The notes beneath the pieces are model-generated. The model saw only the letters and a program-made list of their open reading frames with translations, was not told where the DNA came from and searched no databases. Of a stretch of 64,000 nt of DNA, positions 59,762-64,000 are shown one piece after another (the first letter of the stretch is position 1; the number at the start of each line of letters is the position of its first letter). The translations under genes were made by a program, and so were the position numbers. The stretch comes from an uncultured Candidatus Saccharibacteria bacterium. Lineage in GTDB: Bacteria > Patescibacteriota > Saccharimonadia > Saccharimonadales > 2-12-FULL-41-12. The stretch spans positions 313,004 through 377,003 of the forward strand of contig CAZNIK010000001.1 of the NCBI GenBank assembly GCA_964573095.1, read 5' to 3'.

Positions 59762-60673
59762 TTACTTACGATTTTCGAGCTGTCTACGAATTCTCTGTAG
59801 TTCGTATTTTTTTCCGAGCCAAAACGTCGTCGCCAGAAGTGGAATAGTGAGGAGCACAGGAAGCCATAAGACTTTGGTTGCACCTTGGGCTTGAACCTGC
59901 TTGTCTTTGGACTTATCCCCTTGCACCGCTTGAGAGAGCGGGCCATTCGCAACACCAACCAGCTGCAAAAACGCGACTTGACCCTCTTTGTCCGTCGCCC
60001 GAACCACTACGTTATAGATTCCAGCTTGATCATACACATGCGTGATATTAAACGTGCCTGGAAATGCTTGACTAATAATGGCGGGGGTTTTTCCGTCTCC
60101 CCAATCTACGCTAATGGCGTATGGGCCGATTCCGCCGCTCAGCGAAATTGGCCAGGTGAGAGTTTTTCCTGGATCAGCACCTTTTTTCGCAAAGCTACTC
60201 GTCAACGAAACCCTAGAAGAAAATCCGAACTGCGCCGTTGGGAAGTTGAGCACTACGAGATTTGAATCCGGTCCAGCTTGATCGAGCGCATCGTACACCC
60301 TCGCAATTATTTCGTTTCTGCCACTAAAAAGGTCGATCTGAATCGAATAACTACCGTTTCTACACTCCACAGAACCAGCAAACACGTTATTCTTGAAAAT
60401 CTTTACAAGCGTCCCGGTTGGACACAAACCGCTGACCGTAACGGGCAAGCTGTTGATTGTAGTTCCATCTCTTGGTAACGCAATAGTTGCGGGGGTCTTA
60501 GGCGGCTCGGTATTTATTTTGCCCTCCAAGCCCACTGAGCCACTTTCTTCAGCTGCAAACACTGGACCTTGGGCGAAAGCGCAGCCACACATTACTACAC
60601 ACGCGGCGAAGACCACTAACCTAAATCGGTTTTTGACAAAGGTGCTCATTTGCTCCAATAGTACCATAAGCAC
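59762..60673 (-). CDS. Secreted PKD-domain protein with a C-terminal TM anchor
   Basis: Signal peptide, Ig-like N-domain, PKD signature ISVDWGDG...ITHVYDQAGIYNVVVRATD, then a terminal hydrophobic helix with a basic tail. The start may be 60649. Confidence 0.75.
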   Translation of the reverse strand: MLMVLLEQMSTFVKNRFRLVVFAACVVMCGCAFAQGPVFAAEESGSVGLEGKINTEPPKTPATIALPRDGTTINSLPVTVSGLCPTGTLVKIFKNNVFAGSVECRNGSYSIQIDLFSGRNEIIARVYDALDQAGPDSNLVVLNFPTAQFGFSSRVSLTSSFAKKGADPGKTLTWPISLSGGIGPYAISVDWGDGKTPAIISQAFPGTFNITHVYDQAGIYNVVVRATDKEGQVAFLQLVGVANGPLSQAVQGDKSKDKQVQAQGATKVLWLPVLLTIPLLATTFWLGKKYELQRIRRQLENRK

Positions 60674-60708
60674 TGCCCGGGGTCCCCCGCCTTAGCTTAA
60701 GTCACGGG

Positions 60709-61680
60709 CTATTTCTTTTTTTTGCGGTGAAAGGTGTATTTTTTGCGATAAATCAAGACAATGAAGGTAACAACTGCCACGAAAAGGAGCGTAAGAAGAA
60801 TGAGCAGCCACACGGGAATGTACCAGAAAGAAGATTTGTAGTTTACAACTTCTCCCCCGTTGCCATAGGCAATTGAGGCGGTAGCAGTATACTTACCCGG
60901 TACCTTTACGTTTTTTATGTCGTCAGTAAATACTCTCGAGGAGTTTGGTAATACAATTCCCCTCGGATCTCGGCTATTTACATCGTAGGAGTACACTTGA
61001 CCACCGAGGGTTCGAGATATACTCACCTTGCCAAAGGGGCGCGAAAAGCCATTTCCTAAATTCTTTACGGTCACGTTGGCTTTTGTGGGGGTTTTTAGGA
61101 AAAACCAGCCCTTTTTATCACCACTTTGCATCTGAAGATTTTCGATCTTGATTTGTTCGACAATATTGCCAGGAACTTCGACAAATACCAAATGAGCAAC
61201 ACTTGCGGTTAGTGCAACTTGTCGATCTTGCTCATTAAGTGTTTGTCCTTTTGGAACAGCAGCGTACCGAACGGCACCAAAATAGGCACCCGGGGAAACG
61301 CCGGCCGGAATATCAACCGCCAACTTCACTTGCTTGGTCTCACCAGGCTGAAGCTCAACATCTTGAAGTCCCCGAATCATTTTGCTTATTGAGTACGGAC
61401 TTGCCTCTTTCTTTGGGTCAACAATTATTTGCGGGGTGCCAGAAGAGTTGTCAGATTCGAAGTCATTGATAAAGGCCTTGGCCGTCAACCCACCCTTAGT
61501 AATGTTTTTCAGATTTATGGTAAAGGTTTTGAGTTCGCCTGAAGCGCCGGATATTTCTGTTCGAGTGGGGGAAACTTGAAGCCCACTCCCGCTTTGTTGC
61601 GCGTTAGATGTACTGTTAAAACCAAAAATTGCTAATGTTAATACTACTACTCCAGCCAGAACCATTATTCTGCGTCGCAT
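60709..61680 (-). CDS. DUF916/DUF3324-like (CscA-like) cell-surface protein with a C-terminal TM anchor
   Basis: Signal peptide and two beta-rich domains whose pattern matches my memory of DUF916 (...PGAYFGAV...) and DUF3324 (...LPNSSRVF...PGKYTA...), ending in a TM segment plus a KKKK tail. Confidence 0.5.
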   Translation of the reverse strand: MRRRIMVLAGVVVLTLAIFGFNSTSNAQQSGSGLQVSPTRTEISGASGELKTFTINLKNITKGGLTAKAFINDFESDNSSGTPQIIVDPKKEASPYSISKMIRGLQDVELQPGETKQVKLAVDIPAGVSPGAYFGAVRYAAVPKGQTLNEQDRQVALTASVAHLVFVEVPGNIVEQIKIENLQMQSGDKKGWFFLKTPTKANVTVKNLGNGFSRPFGKVSISRTLGGQVYSYDVNSRDPRGIVLPNSSRVFTDDIKNVKVPGKYTATASIAYGNGGEVVNYKSSFWYIPVWLLILLTLLFVAVVTFIVLIYRKKYTFHRKKKK

Positions 61681-61770
61681 TACCTCAATTACCCTCCAAA
61701 ATTTTACTTTTCTTAGTAGTTACCAAAAAGTATAAGCGCTGGTGCTTTGTTTGTAAACCAATTTAATCAT

Positions 61771-62817
61771 CTAAAATGCGGCGGTCGCGACGTAGGTAAG
61801 CGTGGTGCTGTATATCCCTGGTGGTTGCCCGGCCGAAACATTGACGATATAGCTTGCTGTAAACTTGTTAAAGTTTGTCGAGAGCGGAGAAGAGAGGATC
61901 GCAATATTATTAAAATAAAATTGATTCTGACTGGACATTTGGGGGGCGGCTACCGCTGTTCCAGAGCCTATAGGATCGGCACCCACCGAAGGTGCGTTGT
62001 TGGCCCTTAGGTTCATTCCAAACTGACTAGTACCAGGCTGGCTGGCTGTGGGACTCCCCAGCGCTGTGATGACATTGTTACCAGAAGTCATAGTATTGCC
62101 ATTTAAAAATACTGAGTATCCCCCGGGGTCATTTGTTGAACCAGAAAGCTCTGATGCCACCTGTCGACTTTGGGTTGGCCTTAGTTCTCCAAAATCCAAA
62201 ATATTGCCAGAGGCTGTTGAGCAATCGAGCGAAACAGTTACTCCAACGCAGAAAGTAAGGTACGGAGGCACGTACCCATCTACTCCAATGCCGTTTACTG
62301 TTGCGAAGACTACCGCACCAGTATCAGTCCTTGGGCCAGATGCATTTACTGTGGCGTAGGTCGCAATGCGCACAAATACCGACTGGTTGACGACACTAGG
62401 GTTCGTAATATTTCCAAGTACATACGTCGCAGGAACACCTACAGATGGCACCGATGCCCGAGTAAGCACAACTTTGCTACTCGTTGTAAGCCCTCCATCA
62501 ACGCTAAAGCCCGTCTCACCGATTTGAGAATCAAGGGTGACTCCACTACTATCAAAGCCCGCGGGAGTTGTACAGGCTGTCCCTATGTACGGGTTGTTGG
62601 TACAAAATTCAAACTCAATCGACCCCAGGTTTGAAAAAGACGGAATAGTGAAGTCGAATTGGTAGGTTGTGACTGCGCTAGGCCGCGAACTACCCACAAT
62701 CACTCGACGACTATAAAGGTCGCTCGCTTCAACTTGATGAGAATACAACAAGGGCGCTACCACTATGAGTAGCGCCGCAAGTATCTGTCTAGTTTTGAAT
62801 TGTCGTATATCCACCAC
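61771..62817 (-). CDS. Secreted beta-rich protein, WxL-like (Y-for-W variant), paralogue 1
   Basis: Signal peptide. Motifs GGYSVFL and C-terminal PGIYSTTLTYVATAAF. Paralogous to the next gene. Confidence 0.6.
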   Translation of the reverse strand: MVDIRQFKTRQILAALLIVVAPLLYSHQVEASDLYSRRVIVGSSRPSAVTTYQFDFTIPSFSNLGSIEFEFCTNNPYIGTACTTPAGFDSSGVTLDSQIGETGFSVDGGLTTSSKVVLTRASVPSVGVPATYVLGNITNPSVVNQSVFVRIATYATVNASGPRTDTGAVVFATVNGIGVDGYVPPYLTFCVGVTVSLDCSTASGNILDFGELRPTQSRQVASELSGSTNDPGGYSVFLNGNTMTSGNNVITALGSPTASQPGTSQFGMNLRANNAPSVGADPIGSGTAVAAPQMSSQNQFYFNNIAILSSPLSTNFNKFTASYIVNVSAGQPPGIYSTTLTYVATAAF

Positions 62818-62863
62818 GATACAGCTTATTCTAAACCACCATCTCTAGGTTTGTATAATTCGC

Positions 62864-64000
62864 CTAAAACGTAGGTGTTGCGATGTAAGTACTCACTACC
62901 GTGTAGGCACCGGTTGGGGTGGTGGCTTCAGCGCTGGCGCCGAAAGCAAGTTTTACGATCTCGTCATCTACCACTTTTACGCTTGAGCCGGCTGAGGTAG
63001 CAATTTCGGTAGCTGTAGAAGTGTCGTTCCAGGCAAAGGTAGTGTTGGTGTCGGTATTTTCGCAGTTTGCAGCTGAAGTAGTGGTGCCATCACCGTCGAA
63101 GTCGGTGTCTGCAACGAGGTTTACAGTTGAACCCTGGGTCGTATCAATACAAGGGATGTTCATGCCAAAGTACTCGTTCCCGGCAGTCACCGCAGTACCA
63201 CCAGAGGTATCGCCCGCAGCTGAACGGAAACATTGGTCAGTGAGTGTCGCAGCGGAGGCGTTACAGGTCGCACCAGTCACACGGAAGGCTCGAAGTTGGT
63301 TCGTACCAGAACCGGCTTGTTCGGAGAAGAAAGTGATTGACACGCCGTTTGAGGCATTGGTATTGACCATGGCAATGCCGTAGTCGTCGTTGCCTTGGGA
63401 GGTCGGCGGGTTGTCATCGACAGGAGATTTTGCAACGGTCGTGTTGTCGACGACCCCAATATCTACCACGGTAGTAGTGAGAGCACTACAGGTTGCGACA
63501 TCAGCCGGTAAGGCGGCGGCGTCGTCAATCGCGGCGACACAGAAGGCCAGACGCTCTTGCACACGGCCGTTGACCGTTAGTTGGTCGTTGAAGGCAACGG
63601 CAACTGCGCCCTGGTCTAATTTATTTGCACCCAGAAAGGCGTTATCACTATAGATGGCGATACGAATGTAGACGGTTTGTTGAGAGCTAGGAGCAGTAAT
63701 ACCACTAATCGTATGGGTGACTGCGCCGCCGCCAGTCGTAGCCGAGGTGCGCTCAAAACACATCTTGCTGTTGGTTGTGCTCATGTCACAATCGTTTTCG
63801 TCGGTAACAGCGTGGGCGGTAAAGGCCGTACCGTTCGAAGGCCAGCCGGTTTGCGCATCATGGGTTGCAGCTTGCACTGACATGCCAGTTGGCAACGTAC
63901 AGCTGCCGAGCGCCGTGGTACAAAACTGGTAGATGATACCTTGCTTCGCAGCCGCGGTATTGGGGATTGAGTAGCTAAACGCAAATTCAACGTCTGTAGA
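62864..64000 (-). CDS. Secreted beta-rich protein, WxL-like, paralogue 2 (5' end outside the window)
   Basis: The reading frame stays open from 63895 to the window edge (...STDVEFAFSYSIPNTAAAKQGIIYQFCTT...). That stretch aligns to the paralogue-1 N-region. C-terminus: TGAYTVVSTYIATPTF. Confidence 0.6.
   Translation of the reverse strand, partial: STDVEFAFSYSIPNTAAAKQGIIYQFCTTALGSCTLPTGMSVQAATHDAQTGWPSNGTAFTAHAVTDENDCDMSTTNSKMCFERTSATTGGGAVTHTISGITAPSSQQTVYIRIAIYSDNAFLGANKLDQGAVAVAFNDQLTVNGRVQERLAFCVAAIDDAAALPADVATCSALTTTVVDIGVVDNTTVAKSPVDDNPPTSQGNDDYGIAMVNTNASNGVSITFFSEQAGSGTNQLRAFRVTGATCNASAATLTDQCFRSAAGDTSGGTAVTAGNEYFGMNIPCIDTTQGSTVNLVADTDFDGDGTTTSAANCENTDTNTTFAWNDTSTATEIATSAGSSVKVVDDEIVKLAFGASAEATTPTGAYTVVSTYIATPTF

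Overview
This 64-kb window looks like chromosomal DNA from a small-genome, Gram-positive-type bacterium. My impression is a Patescibacteria/CPR organism resembling Saccharibacteria; this is inferred from gene content and protein style and was not checked against any database. About 85% of the genes lie on the minus strand and most are housekeeping. They cover translation (rpsP, rpmF, rplY, leuS, alaS, trmD, mnmA, trhO, obg, rnc, nusB), the cell wall and division (ddl, murF, mltG, a LysM/CHAP hydrolase, ftsA), DNA repair (ligA, uvrA, uvrC, sbcB, ruvX), and stress and membrane functions (sodA, htpX, lemA, secG, dedA). There are seven tRNAs: Ala-GGC, Leu-TAA, Cys-GCA, Gly-GCC, Phe-GAA, Val-TAC and Leu-GAG. 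I saw no rRNA, no CRISPR array and no recognisable transposase or integrase. Four regions stand out. (1) At 26.8-31.7 kb, three single-gene plus-strand modules (an OLD-family ATPase/Toprim nuclease, NhaA, and a CIRCE-controlled Hsp20) are separated by diverged copies of one junction sequence. The last copy runs into the 3' end of tRNA-Gly. Two junctions also carry a small paralogous ORF with a clear synonymous-substitution signature. I read this as a tandem cassette or islet array at a tRNA, with no recombinase in the window. (2) At 6.2-9.4 kb there is a restriction-modification locus: an EcoRII-N/B3-like plus HNH nuclease with two separate m5C methyltransferases. It sits in about 6.9 kb of accessory DNA that splits the usually linked rpsP-KH-trmD genes. 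(3) At 31.8-32.2 kb, tRNA-Val is flanked by a 3' partial copy and a 5' tRNA-like partial copy. (4) At 59.8-64.0 kb a surface-protein locus runs off the window. It encodes a PKD-domain protein, a DUF916/DUF3324 (CscA-like) protein and two paralogous secreted proteins whose motifs resemble WxL domains with Y in place of W. A csoR-DUF305-DUF4396 operon with a perfect CsoR-type operator is also present. All functional calls rest on motifs I recognise from memory; no searches were run.
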